From: Synechococcales cyanobacterium VAR_4_metabat_354 | Lineage (GTDB): Bacteria > Cyanobacteriota > Cyanobacteriia > Cyanobacteriales > Chamaesiphonaceae | Direction of reading: 5' to 3' | Length of the DNA stretch: 64,000 bases | Assembly (NCBI GenBank): GCA_031414775.1 | Contig: JANOQI010000048.1 | Span: 45,232-109,231 of the forward strand | In this document: piece after piece, positions 51,488 through 60,627 of the stretch | Layout: each line of letters begins with the position of its first letter | Numbering within the stretch: position 1 is the stretch's first letter | Program-made: the position numbers and the translations under genes | Notes under the pieces: generated by a model | Told to the model about the DNA's origin: nothing | Databases searched by the model: none | The model's input: the letters and a program-made list of their open reading frames with translations, nothing else

Positions 51488-52959
51488 GTATCTTCGACCC
51501 AGACCGAGACCGACCCACCATTACAACAGAACTCGCCCCAACCATCAGCATTAGTAACTACTGATAGCGAGACGTGGCCAGTAATGTCCTTAAAACTAGT
51601 TAAGGGTTGATCAACTTTCATCCATTTACTGCCACCAGCTCCATCACTTAGTATTACTGCCATTTTTTGGGGATGGTCAGTGTCGCCCATTCTTGTCCAG
51701 CCAATTAGATTGGGGTGGTCAAAGTAATCAAGCTGATCACCATAGGCAAAGTTCTGGCGGGCATACAGTAACTGATCGATGATTTGATGATGAGATTCCA
51801 TCCAAATTTCATGGTCATTACCATCCCGACCTTTATCGACATAGTGGGCACCATAGTAATCGGCATAAAACACGCAAGGATAACCAGCCCGGCGCAGCAA
51901 TATCAAGGCATAGGCCAACGGCTTGAACCAACTTTCTACTACCGATTCTAGTGATTGCAAAGGCTGGGAGTCGTGATTTTCGACAAAGGTGACGGCTAGA
52001 GTGGGCTGTTGTTGAGCTAGAGTACCATCAAAAATCTGACGCATATCATAGTTACTCCCAGCCTTGCTTGCTTCACAAAAGTTGTAGTGCAAGGGGACAT
52101 CAAAAAGCGATGTCTGACCGCCGGTCTGGCTCAGAAATCCATGCAAATCATTAACATCATCAGACCAATATTCACCAACAGTAAATAGTTCTTTGTGGGT
52201 ACGTTGACGGACATAACTCAGCCAGTCGGGGAAAAAGCTGGAGCGAATATGTTTGACAGCATCCATCCGAAAACCATCAATGCCTAGCGTGTTGACAATC
52301 CATTCGCCCCAATTTTTGAGTTCATCAATAACTTCTGGTTCGCTGGTATCTAAATCACAAGCCATCAAGAAATCATAGTTACCATGCTCCAGATTAACGC
52401 CTGTTTCAAAGTGTTTAGCCTTGAAGCGATAGATGGTATTGTCGCCGGGTTTAAATGTATTGTGATTTACCGAGTCGAAGTGCCGCCAGTTCCATTTCAT
52501 TTTGGAATACTGTTCCCCGCGACCAGTGAAGTTAAACTGAGTCCAGACTTTGATGGTTTCGACGGCTCCAGTGTCGTTATTACGATTATCGATCGATACG
52601 GGAATGGCATCGACTAATTCATCAGCATCACCACCATTTTTGTGATTAAAAACAGTATCAACATAAATTTGGATGCCTACCTCGTGAGCAGCTTTAATAG
52701 CGGCTGCTAATTCGATGCGGCTACCATATTTGGTCTTGACGGAGCCTTTTTGATCGAATTCTCCTAAGTCAAATAAATCGTAGGTGCTATACCCAACATC
52801 ATTAGTGCCATTACTGCCTTTATAGACTGGTGGCAACCACATTGCTGTAAACCCCGCCTTGGCTAGGTCGGGAGCATTTTTTTCTAATTGTCGCCAGTGT
52901 CCACCATCATTGGCCGTATACCAATGAAAGTACTGCATCATAGTGCCATTGATAGTCAT
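51484..52959 (-). CDS. amyA: alpha-amylase (GH13)
   Basis: NGTMMQYFHWY, YDLFDLGEF, DGFRMDAVKH, GEYW, FVENHD; start placed at ATG 52959. Confidence 0.95.
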   Translation of the reverse strand: MTINGTMMQYFHWYTANDGGHWRQLEKNAPDLAKAGFTAMWLPPVYKGSNGTNDVGYSTYDLFDLGEFDQKGSVKTKYGSRIELAAAIKAAHEVGIQIYVDTVFNHKNGGDADELVDAIPVSIDNRNNDTGAVETIKVWTQFNFTGRGEQYSKMKWNWRHFDSVNHNTFKPGDNTIYRFKAKHFETGVNLEHGNYDFLMACDLDTSEPEVIDELKNWGEWIVNTLGIDGFRMDAVKHIRSSFFPDWLSYVRQRTHKELFTVGEYWSDDVNDLHGFLSQTGGQTSLFDVPLHYNFCEASKAGSNYDMRQIFDGTLAQQQPTLAVTFVENHDSQPLQSLESVVESWFKPLAYALILLRRAGYPCVFYADYYGAHYVDKGRDGNDHEIWMESHHQIIDQLLYARQNFAYGDQLDYFDHPNLIGWTRMGDTDHPQKMAVILSDGAGGSKWMKVDQPLTSFKDITGHVSLSVVTNADGWGEFCCNGGSVSVWVEDT

Positions 52960-53088
52960 AGTATTATCTATCCATAGGTGTATAATCGCTGACCTCATTC
53001 TAGACGCTAGCCGTACCGAGGCTAAACCCCATGTAAGCAATAATGACGGATATAGTTTAAAACAAAGAAAACAATTCTGACCCTTACT

Positions 53089-54267
53089 ATGTATCAGGTG
53101 AAGTGGATCGATCGATTGTCTGATATCCCACAAATGGCTTGGGATGCTCTGGCCTTACCCCTCAAAACCCCCTTCCTGGAATGGGAATGGCTTCACAACC
53201 TGGAAGCTTCCGGTAGTATTGCTGCTGAAACGGGCTGGTTGCCCAGACACCTGACAGTTTGGCAAGGCAGCGAACTAATTGCGGCGGCTCCGCTCTACCT
53301 AAAAGGTCACAGCTACGGCGAGTTTGTCTTTGACCAACAATGGGCCGACCTATCTCACCGATTAGGAATTCAGTACTATCCCAAGCTGTTGGGGATGACC
53401 CCGGTTACACCCACCGAAGGCTATCGATTCTTGATGGCGGTCGGCATTGACGAGATGGCCATGACCGAACTGATGGTGCAGGAGATCGATAAATTTTGCC
53501 GCAACAATAGAATTTCTAGCTCCCACTTTTTGTACGTAGATCCAGAATGGCAACCCCTAATCGAACAACAGGGCTATAGCCCCTGGATGCATCACAGTTA
53601 TATCTGGCAAAACGCTGACTACCAAAATTTTGACGATTACTTGACCAGTTTCAACGCCAACCAACGCCGCAACATCAAGCGCGAACGTAAGGCTGTCGGC
53701 ACTGCCGGTTTAACCCTGAAGCCGCTCACTGGTGAGTCGATCGATCCCCAAATGCTGCCCTTGATGTACGAGTTCTACGCCGACACCTGCGATAAATTTG
53801 GCGGCTGGGGCAGTAAATACCTGATGCCAGAATTTTTTGAGAACCTCTATCCCAACTATCGACATCGCCTGATGTTAATGGCTGCTTATTTGGAAGGAGT
53901 AACCGAGCCAGTGGGTATGTCTTTTTGTCTTTATAAAGGCGATCGACTGTATGGCCGTTACTGGGGTAGCCGCAAGGATATTGATTGCCTGCATTTTGAT
54001 GCTTGCTACTACTCTCCGATCGAATGGGCAATCGCACAGGGCATTAAGGTTTTCGATCCCGGTGCTGGCGGTCGGCATAAGCAGCGGCGAGGCTTTCCGG
54101 CTACCCCTAACCGCAGTATGCATCGTTTCTATCATCCCCGTTTCGAGCAAATCTTGTGCCAATATCTGCGGGAGGTTAATGAACTAGAGCTGCGGGAAAT
54201 TGAAGCTATCAATCAAGATTTGCCTTTTACGGTGCCTGAGATTGATTTGTCGGTTTATGGCGCGTGA
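53089..54267 (+). CDS. FemAB-like GNAT protein (DUF482)
   Basis: LYLKGHSYGEFVFD, LYGRYWG, LHFDACYY, GAGGRHK. Confidence 0.92.
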   Translation: MYQVKWIDRLSDIPQMAWDALALPLKTPFLEWEWLHNLEASGSIAAETGWLPRHLTVWQGSELIAAAPLYLKGHSYGEFVFDQQWADLSHRLGIQYYPKLLGMTPVTPTEGYRFLMAVGIDEMAMTELMVQEIDKFCRNNRISSSHFLYVDPEWQPLIEQQGYSPWMHHSYIWQNADYQNFDDYLTSFNANQRRNIKRERKAVGTAGLTLKPLTGESIDPQMLPLMYEFYADTCDKFGGWGSKYLMPEFFENLYPNYRHRLMLMAAYLEGVTEPVGMSFCLYKGDRLYGRYWGSRKDIDCLHFDACYYSPIEWAIAQGIKVFDPGAGGRHKQRRGFPATPNRSMHRFYHPRFEQILCQYLREVNELELREIEAINQDLPFTVPEIDLSVYGA

Positions 54268-54582
54268 CAGAATTGAATTGACTAGTGAAACTTGCCAGTG
54301 AGGGGTTCATCAAAGTCTGGCACGGTGGCGAGCATTCTAAACCTCACGGTGACTTCTTTGTCTTCGTACTATCCTAAATCTTGCTGAAAATACATAATAG
54401 ATATAACTAGCTACTATGGTAGCCATAACATTTTATAGAAACCATTTGAGGTCTGTAGCGTAATTTTAGGCATTAAATCGCTTTGAGCAAATCGTAAGTT
54501 TTTGATAATAATAGTATTTGATCTGATGTAAACTGGGGATATTAGGTATCGGCAGTAAAAATACGATCAGGAGAAGAGCATT

Positions 54583-55431
54583 ATGGGGCAGCTATCAAAG
54601 CGCATTAGCCGGGTGGTTCAAGCCGAGATGAACTTCAGTAAAAGTGATTGTGATGAAACTTACCTGAACAAAGGAGCTGCCTTAGTTGCTGGAGGAGCGG
54701 TTACAGGTGCTTCTATTGGCAAGGTTGGAATATTAGCAGGTGGGACAGGCTACGGCCTCGGTGCTGTGCCACTCGCTGCCGCTGGTGCATTAACAGGTGC
54801 CGCCCTTTACGAAGTGCTGCGATCACTCATTGAAGGTGACACTTCCTCTGCAAGCGCTGCGGCGATTGGAGCAGCAGCAGGTGCAGCAACTTCAGCAACG
54901 ATTGGAGGAGTTGGTGTAGCTGTTGGTGGAAGTGCGATTGGGATTGGTATGGCTTCAATGGCAGTAGGTGGAGCCGTAGTTGGGCTGGGTTTAGTTGGCT
55001 TAAATCGTCTGCTTCAGCAAGGCATCGATCCAGAGGAGCTTTTGGATAGTGCGATCGAGCAGATGGAAGCAGACTTACAGAACGCACGAAAAGCAATCGT
55101 CAATGTAATTGCCAGCCAGAAGCGACTTCAACAGCATTACGAACAGGCGCAAGCGGAAGTCAATAAATGGGAACGGCGGGCATGGCTCGCCCTGCAAAAA
55201 GGAGATGAGTATCTGGCGCGGGAAGCTCTGATTTGCAAGGGGACGCACTCTGGAATTCTCAGCAGCCTTAAAGTTCAGCTCAATCAAGAACCAGCTGCGG
55301 TTAAAAAACTTAAACAAAATCTAACTCTTCTAGAAGCCAAGATCTCTGAAGCAAAAACTATGAGAAACAGTCTGAAGGCGCAGATTGCAGCTGCTAAGCT
55401 AAATAGGCAGTTGTCCAGTATTAAAAAGTAA
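54583..55431 (+). CDS. PspA/Vipp1 (IM30)-family protein with glycine-zipper insertion
   Basis: AGGAG RBS; helix0 MGQLSKRISRVVQAEMN, about 110 aa Gly/Ala hydrophobic insert, then DPEELL...WERRAWLALQKGDEYLAREAL...LEAKISEAKT. Confidence 0.88.
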   Translation: MGQLSKRISRVVQAEMNFSKSDCDETYLNKGAALVAGGAVTGASIGKVGILAGGTGYGLGAVPLAAAGALTGAALYEVLRSLIEGDTSSASAAAIGAAAGAATSATIGGVGVAVGGSAIGIGMASMAVGGAVVGLGLVGLNRLLQQGIDPEELLDSAIEQMEADLQNARKAIVNVIASQKRLQQHYEQAQAEVNKWERRAWLALQKGDEYLAREALICKGTHSGILSSLKVQLNQEPAAVKKLKQNLTLLEAKISEAKTMRNSLKAQIAAAKLNRQLSSIKK

Positions 55432-55450
55432 ATTTTTGGAATTATAGAAG

Positions 55451-56608
55451 ATGCGTCAGGAATTTTTGAATCGCTTGCAAGAAATTTTGTATGAAAAAGT
55501 AAGAGGAGGCTGGAGAGATGGATGGGTTTATGATAAGTTAAATCAAGAATTTACGTTACAACAAGATGAATTAGAGGAGATGGCTCGGAGACTAGGATTC
55601 AAAATGGGTTGGAATGCTCCGCTTAAGTCACTTTTAGAAGGGCAATGGCAGCGAGAAAGAGTTCACAGTAAACCAAAAAACATTATGACTGATAACTCTT
55701 GGCATGGCGTTAGTCTTGAAAAAGAATTGCAACGAATGAAAGAGGAGCTAAAGCGATCTGGGAGAAAAATACCAGGTAGCCTAGATAACTCATTTGATGA
55801 TTTAGCTGATGTTTCCGATAAGCTCAGTAACTTAGTAGGAATGCAGAATGTGAAGGACGACATTCACACTCTTATTAACTTTTTGAAGATTCAAAAAATG
55901 CGAGAAGTAGAAAATCTACCCAGTATTTCTGTTACCTTACATTCTGTTTTTTGTGGACCACCTGGCACAGGTAAAACGACAATCGCTCGTTTGATGGGTG
56001 GAATATACAAGCAGTTAGGTGTACTTTCAAAAGGGCATGTTGTTGAAACAGATCGCTCAGGGTTGGTTGCAGGTTATATTGGTCAAACAGCAATTAAGGT
56101 AGATAAAGTAGTCGAGTCAGCTTTAGATGGCGTACTATTTATTGATGAAGCTTACACATTGGCACCTGAGAATGCTTCTTCTAAAGACTTTGGGCAAGAA
56201 GCGATTGATACTTTGCTTAAAAGAATGGAAGACAATAAAGACAGATTAGTGGTTATCGTTGCTGGTTACAGTGAAGAAATGTCGCATTTCATCAATGCTA
56301 ATCCTGGCTTGCAATCACGTTTTAATCGATACTTTAACTTTCAAGACTATAACCCTGATGAATTACTAGTAATTTTTAGAGAAATTTGTGAGAAAAGTCA
56401 TTTTAATTTGGCTGAGCCATCCAGAGATGTTTTACTCAAGAAATTGACGCTTTTGTACGAAAATAGAAATGATAGATTTGGAAATGGTAGATTGGTGAGA
56501 AATATTTTTGACAAAACTGTTGAGAAACAGGCAAATAGATTATCTAAGCTATCTAAAGTTAGTAGAGAAATGCTAATGACAATTTCTCCTGAAGATATTC
56601 CTGAATAA
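55451..56608 (+). CDS. AAA+ ATPase, SpoVK/CbbX/EccA family
   Basis: LVGMQNVK, GPPGTGKTTIAR, LVAGYIGQTA, VLFIDEAY, IVAGY, NPGLQSRF, FGNGRLVRN. Confidence 0.93.
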   Translation: MRQEFLNRLQEILYEKVRGGWRDGWVYDKLNQEFTLQQDELEEMARRLGFKMGWNAPLKSLLEGQWQRERVHSKPKNIMTDNSWHGVSLEKELQRMKEELKRSGRKIPGSLDNSFDDLADVSDKLSNLVGMQNVKDDIHTLINFLKIQKMREVENLPSISVTLHSVFCGPPGTGKTTIARLMGGIYKQLGVLSKGHVVETDRSGLVAGYIGQTAIKVDKVVESALDGVLFIDEAYTLAPENASSKDFGQEAIDTLLKRMEDNKDRLVVIVAGYSEEMSHFINANPGLQSRFNRYFNFQDYNPDELLVIFREICEKSHFNLAEPSRDVLLKKLTLLYENRNDRFGNGRLVRNIFDKTVEKQANRLSKLSKVSREMLMTISPEDIPE

Positions 56609-56735
56609 GATTGACAATTGCATGAAGTTTCTCCGTGCAATATCTGACAATCGTGCATAAGTAGACCAATACCGAATCTATTAACGATCATCAAAATCAA
56701 TAACTGAAATACTTAATGATCATTTGTGAGGAAAT

Positions 56736-56939
56736 ATGCTGAAAACGGTTTGGGCTAGGATTCGTCAAGGAAAAATTGAACTTCTGGAGTCAACAGAGCT
56801 TCCCGAAGGAACAAGGGTGCTAGTAACGCTGCTTCCTGATGATGAAGCTGGTTTTTGGCTAGAAGCGAGTCAAAAATCATTAGATGCCGTATGGGATAAT
56901 ACTGAGGATGATGTATATGCTCAGCTACTCCAAACATGA
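56736..56939 (+). CDS. putative antitoxin (DUF104/AF2212-like)
   Basis: GKIELLE..LPEGTRVLVT core, WDNTEDDVY tail; overlaps the toxin start. Confidence 0.75.
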   Translation: MLKTVWARIRQGKIELLESTELPEGTRVLVTLLPDDEAGFWLEASQKSLDAVWDNTEDDVYAQLLQT

Positions 56940-57246
56940 CATTATTTTAGTTCGCTATCCATTCTCGGACTTGTCGAATTCCAAAGTGAGACCTGCGGTT
57001 GTGATAAGCGCACCACACCCTTCTCAAGATATTCTGATCACGCCATTGACAAGCAAAGTGGGATCGTTGATTGAAGGTGAATTCGCGCTTTCTGAATGGT
57101 CGGCAGCAGGACTAAACGTATCTACGGCAGTCAAGCGAGGTGTGTATACAGTACATGGGAGTTTGGTGATAAAGGTGATTGGTAAGTTAGCTGATGTGGA
57201 TGCAGAACGGCTAGAACAGTCTTTGAAAGGTTGGCTGGGATTGTAA
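56917..57246 (+). CDS. PemK/MazF-family toxin
   Basis: DIILVRYPFSDLSNSKVRPAVV and PLTS motifs. Confidence 0.88.
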   Translation: MLSYSKHDIILVRYPFSDLSNSKVRPAVVISAPHPSQDILITPLTSKVGSLIEGEFALSEWSAAGLNVSTAVKRGVYTVHGSLVIKVIGKLADVDAERLEQSLKGWLGL

Positions 57247-57390
57247 TATGCGCCGACTTTTGGGTGCCCAGCAGAGATTCGGTGGTGGATCGAGCAGCCG
57301 GGATGAATTCTGGGTGAGAGCTGACTTGGCAGATCGACTTGGCCTAAACTTAGGAAACAAATAAAATGATTACGCCAGTCATGTTTTTAC

Positions 57391-58242
57391 ATGAGAGATA
57401 TTTCTGAAACAGCCCACTTGGTAGCGATGTACCGGGCTTTAGCCAGCGAATGCCCTAAAGCTCTATTTCAAGATCCTTTTGCCCGGTTGTTGGCCGGTAG
57501 CCAAGGGGAAATGATGGTGGCAGTCTTGGGCGAACCACAGCGCGGCGTGAATGCCCTGGCAATCCGTACCCAGGCGATCGATCAAATGATCCAACAGCTC
57601 ATCACCACCGAGACAGTGAGCACCGTGCTTAATTTAGGTGCTGGACTGGATACCCGCCCCTATCGCTTGGCTGTACCTGCGACTTTGCGCTGGATTGAGG
57701 TAGATTTGCCGGATATCTTGACCTACAAAGAGCAAAAATTACAAGAATTCAAACCAGTTTGTGAGATCGATCGGATCAAATTAGACCTCACTGATTTTCA
57801 ACTGCGCCACCAACTTTTAACCGAAATCAACGCGGCTCACCAGCCCGTACTCGTAATCACCGAAGGACTTTTGGCTTATCTGACCGAACCGCAGGTCGCG
57901 GCACTAGCCAAAGACTTGCAGCAACAATCCCACCTCCGTTGGTGGCTGTTGGACTTGGCCTCACCATTTCTACTACAGCAATCCCGCCAGCATCCGGAGC
58001 AGCAGATTTTTGATCAATATTTTGCCGATGGCCAACCGACCTTTCTTTTTGCTCCTGCTGCTGGCACTCAATTTTTCCAGCCCTATGGCTGGCAAGTACG
58101 GGAGTTTCGATCGATCTGGTCGGAGTCCCAGCATTTGCAAAAATTCGCTGGACTAAGTGTGATCTTGATGCGCTTATTTGCCAAGCAATATTGGCAAGCG
58201 ATCAGCCAAGATAGTGGATTTGTCTTACTGGAGCAGAGCTAG
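57391..58242 (+). CDS. LCM-type SAM-dependent methyltransferase
   Basis: TAHLVAMYRA, DPFA, LGAGLDTRPYRL, EVDLP, ITEGLL. Confidence 0.92.
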   Translation: MRDISETAHLVAMYRALASECPKALFQDPFARLLAGSQGEMMVAVLGEPQRGVNALAIRTQAIDQMIQQLITTETVSTVLNLGAGLDTRPYRLAVPATLRWIEVDLPDILTYKEQKLQEFKPVCEIDRIKLDLTDFQLRHQLLTEINAAHQPVLVITEGLLAYLTEPQVAALAKDLQQQSHLRWWLLDLASPFLLQQSRQHPEQQIFDQYFADGQPTFLFAPAAGTQFFQPYGWQVREFRSIWSESQHLQKFAGLSVILMRLFAKQYWQAISQDSGFVLLEQS

Positions 58243-58304
58243 CTCCATTTCTTAGGGGGCAACTCCGCTAGAATAGAGGGCGTAGACAACATCATCACTA
58301 GCCC

Positions 58305-59396
58305 ATGTCCATACTGGCCGCGATCGCTGTTTTGGCGGTTCTCATTTTCGTTCATGAATTAGGTCACTTCTTAGCGGCCAGACTCCAAGGAATCTATGCC
58401 AACAAGTTTTCGATCGGGTTTGGTCCCATCCTCTTTAAGTATCAAGGCGAACAGACCGAATATGCCCTACGGGCTTTACCCCTCGGTGGCTTTGTCGGTT
58501 TTCCCGATGACGACCCAGAGAGCGAAATTGCCCCCGATGACCCCAATTTACTACGCAATCGGCCAGTTCTCGATCGAGCGATCGTCATTAGTGCTGGGGT
58601 CATCGCCAATTTAATTTTTGCCTACTTCTTACTTGTTACCCAAGTCGGACTAATTGGCACTCCCGACTTAAGTTACCAACCGGGTGTGGTTGTTAATGAT
58701 ATTGCGACTAGCCTCAGTAGCGCAGCGGCGCAGGCGGGTCTGAAGCCCAATGACATTGTGCTATCGATCGATGGTCAAGAGCTAGGAGCCAAGGAAACGG
58801 CCATCACCGACTTGATGACGGCTATTCAAACCCATCCCAACCAGACCCTGGCCTTTCAGGTACAACGCGGCGGCGAAACTCTCAAATTGAGTGTCAAACC
58901 AGAAAGTGGTGCTGAAGGCAAAGGTCAAATCGGGGTCAAACTTGCTCCCAACGCTAAAGTTGTCCGTCACCGAGCGGCGGGAGTAGTCGATGCCTTCACC
59001 AAAGGCGCTCAGGAATTTGAAAAGGTGATCCTGCTGACGGTCAAAGGACTAACCCAAATTGCGACTAACTTTGGCGAAACAGCTGGTCAGGTGGCTGGGC
59101 CCATCAAAATTGTGGAAATTGGTGCCAACATTGCTAGTTCTGATGCGGGCGGTTTATTTCAGTTCGCGGCTCTCATTAGTATCAATTTGGCTGTGATGAA
59201 CATCTTGCCTTTACCCGCGCTGGATGGTGGTCAGCTGGCTTTCTTGTTGATTGAAGCATTATTGGGCAAACCATTGCCGATGAAGATTCAAGATACAGTA
59301 ATGCAGACGGGCTTGGCGCTACTGCTGAGCTTAGGTGTATTTCTAATTATCAGAGATACCGCCAACCTACCCCCTATTCAGCAATTTTTCAAATAG
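58305..59396 (+). CDS. rseP: RIP metalloprotease RseP
   Basis: HELGH, PDZ domain, NILPLPALDGG. Confidence 0.96.
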   Translation: MSILAAIAVLAVLIFVHELGHFLAARLQGIYANKFSIGFGPILFKYQGEQTEYALRALPLGGFVGFPDDDPESEIAPDDPNLLRNRPVLDRAIVISAGVIANLIFAYFLLVTQVGLIGTPDLSYQPGVVVNDIATSLSSAAAQAGLKPNDIVLSIDGQELGAKETAITDLMTAIQTHPNQTLAFQVQRGGETLKLSVKPESGAEGKGQIGVKLAPNAKVVRHRAAGVVDAFTKGAQEFEKVILLTVKGLTQIATNFGETAGQVAGPIKIVEIGANIASSDAGGLFQFAALISINLAVMNILPLPALDGGQLAFLLIEALLGKPLPMKIQDTVMQTGLALLLSLGVFLIIRDTANLPPIQQFFK

Positions 59397-59400
59397 ATTT

Positions 59401-60090
59401 ATGAGCGTGCGGCAGAAACTTCCCAAGAAACAGCGAGCTTTAGAAATTCTCCGCCGCTTACAAGCCTATTACCCCAATGCCACCTGTAGCCTCGATTACG
59501 AAACTCCAGTTCAGCTACTAGTGGCAACAATTCTGTCGGCGCAATGCACTGATGATCGGGTCAATATCGTCACTCCCAAGTTGTGGCAGCGTTTCCCCGA
59601 TGCTCCCGCTATGGCCGATGCCGAGTTAGAGGAACTAGAGGAATTAGTTCGATCGACTGGTTTCTATCGCAATAAAGCCAAAAATATTCAAGGGGCTTGC
59701 CGCAAAATTGTCGAGGAGTTTGATGGAGTAGTACCCCATGAAATGAATCAGCTCCTGACCTTACCAGGAGTAGCCCGCAAAACAGCCAACGTTACCTTGG
59801 CTCATGCCTACGGCATTATCGTGGGAGTGACAGTAGATACTCATGTCAAACGGCTGAGCTATCTGTGGGGCTTAAGCAAACACACCGACCCAATCAAAGT
59901 AGAGCAAGATCTAATGAGGCTTTTGCCCCAGCCCCATTGGGAGCAATATTCGATCATGAGCATCTATCATGGTCGTGCTGTTTGTAATGCCCGCCAGCCA
60001 GACTGTCCTAATTGCCAGTTTGCTGATATTTGTCCAGCGGCAGACAAGGCGCAGCAAGTCAATGCGCGGCGGAAAGCGCAAGGGGGCTAA
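59401..60090 (+). CDS. nth: endonuclease III
   Basis: LSAQCTD, LPGVARKTAN, VDTHV, C-terminal Cys4 Fe-S motif. Confidence 0.97.
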   Translation: MSVRQKLPKKQRALEILRRLQAYYPNATCSLDYETPVQLLVATILSAQCTDDRVNIVTPKLWQRFPDAPAMADAELEELEELVRSTGFYRNKAKNIQGACRKIVEEFDGVVPHEMNQLLTLPGVARKTANVTLAHAYGIIVGVTVDTHVKRLSYLWGLSKHTDPIKVEQDLMRLLPQPHWEQYSIMSIYHGRAVCNARQPDCPNCQFADICPAADKAQQVNARRKAQGG

Positions 60091-60099
60091 AAAGAGTCG

Positions 60100-60378
60100 T
60101 TAGAGAGAATTGTGGCTGGATAAGAGCTGCTCCACTTTGGCTTCTTCAATTTTGGACATAATTCTTTTCGATTCGTGTAAGTCGCGTTGGGTTTTGGCCA
60201 AGGAAAAACTAGAAGCTACTGAAAAAGTTAAACCCATCCCCATAAATCCTTTCACCCAGGCATCTACAGGCAGATAAATAATTCCAGTGGCAGTGATGCC
60301 GATCGACATCACAAACGATATCCAAGTTTGGGCAATCCAGGCATTACTATCACCTTGACTAGCAGTTGTGCGATTCAT
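60100..60378 (-). CDS. YiaA/YiaB-family inner membrane protein
   Basis: Two TM helices; WVKGF and LAKTQRD motifs. Confidence 0.85.
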   Translation of the reverse strand: MNRTTASQGDSNAWIAQTWISFVMSIGITATGIIYLPVDAWVKGFMGMGLTFSVASSFSLAKTQRDLHESKRIMSKIEEAKVEQLLSSHNSL

Positions 60379-60627
60379 GATTATTTCTCCGATTTCCTTT
60401 TTCTGTTGATATCCTAAATTTTAGGCAAATCTGAAATCATCCTGGGTCGGTAGTGGACAGTTAATTTATTGACCTATGAATTTATTCTCTCAGCGTTACT
60501 GAGGACACTTTAACAATGTGCAGTAGGACAAACAGTCCACAACTGGATGATATGATTCTCGTTGCCTAGTTTGAGCGTTGGCGGTGCTCAAACTATTGAT
60601 TTTATTCTTTAGACCTAGTTCTTACCT

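Noticed and set aside
54284..54337. Minus-strand peptide with PDFDEPL, like a DUF2281 antitoxin tail
   Set aside because: The match is too short to distinguish from chance.
57248..57364. 38-codon ORF after the toxin gene
   Set aside because: No RBS or recognisable motif.
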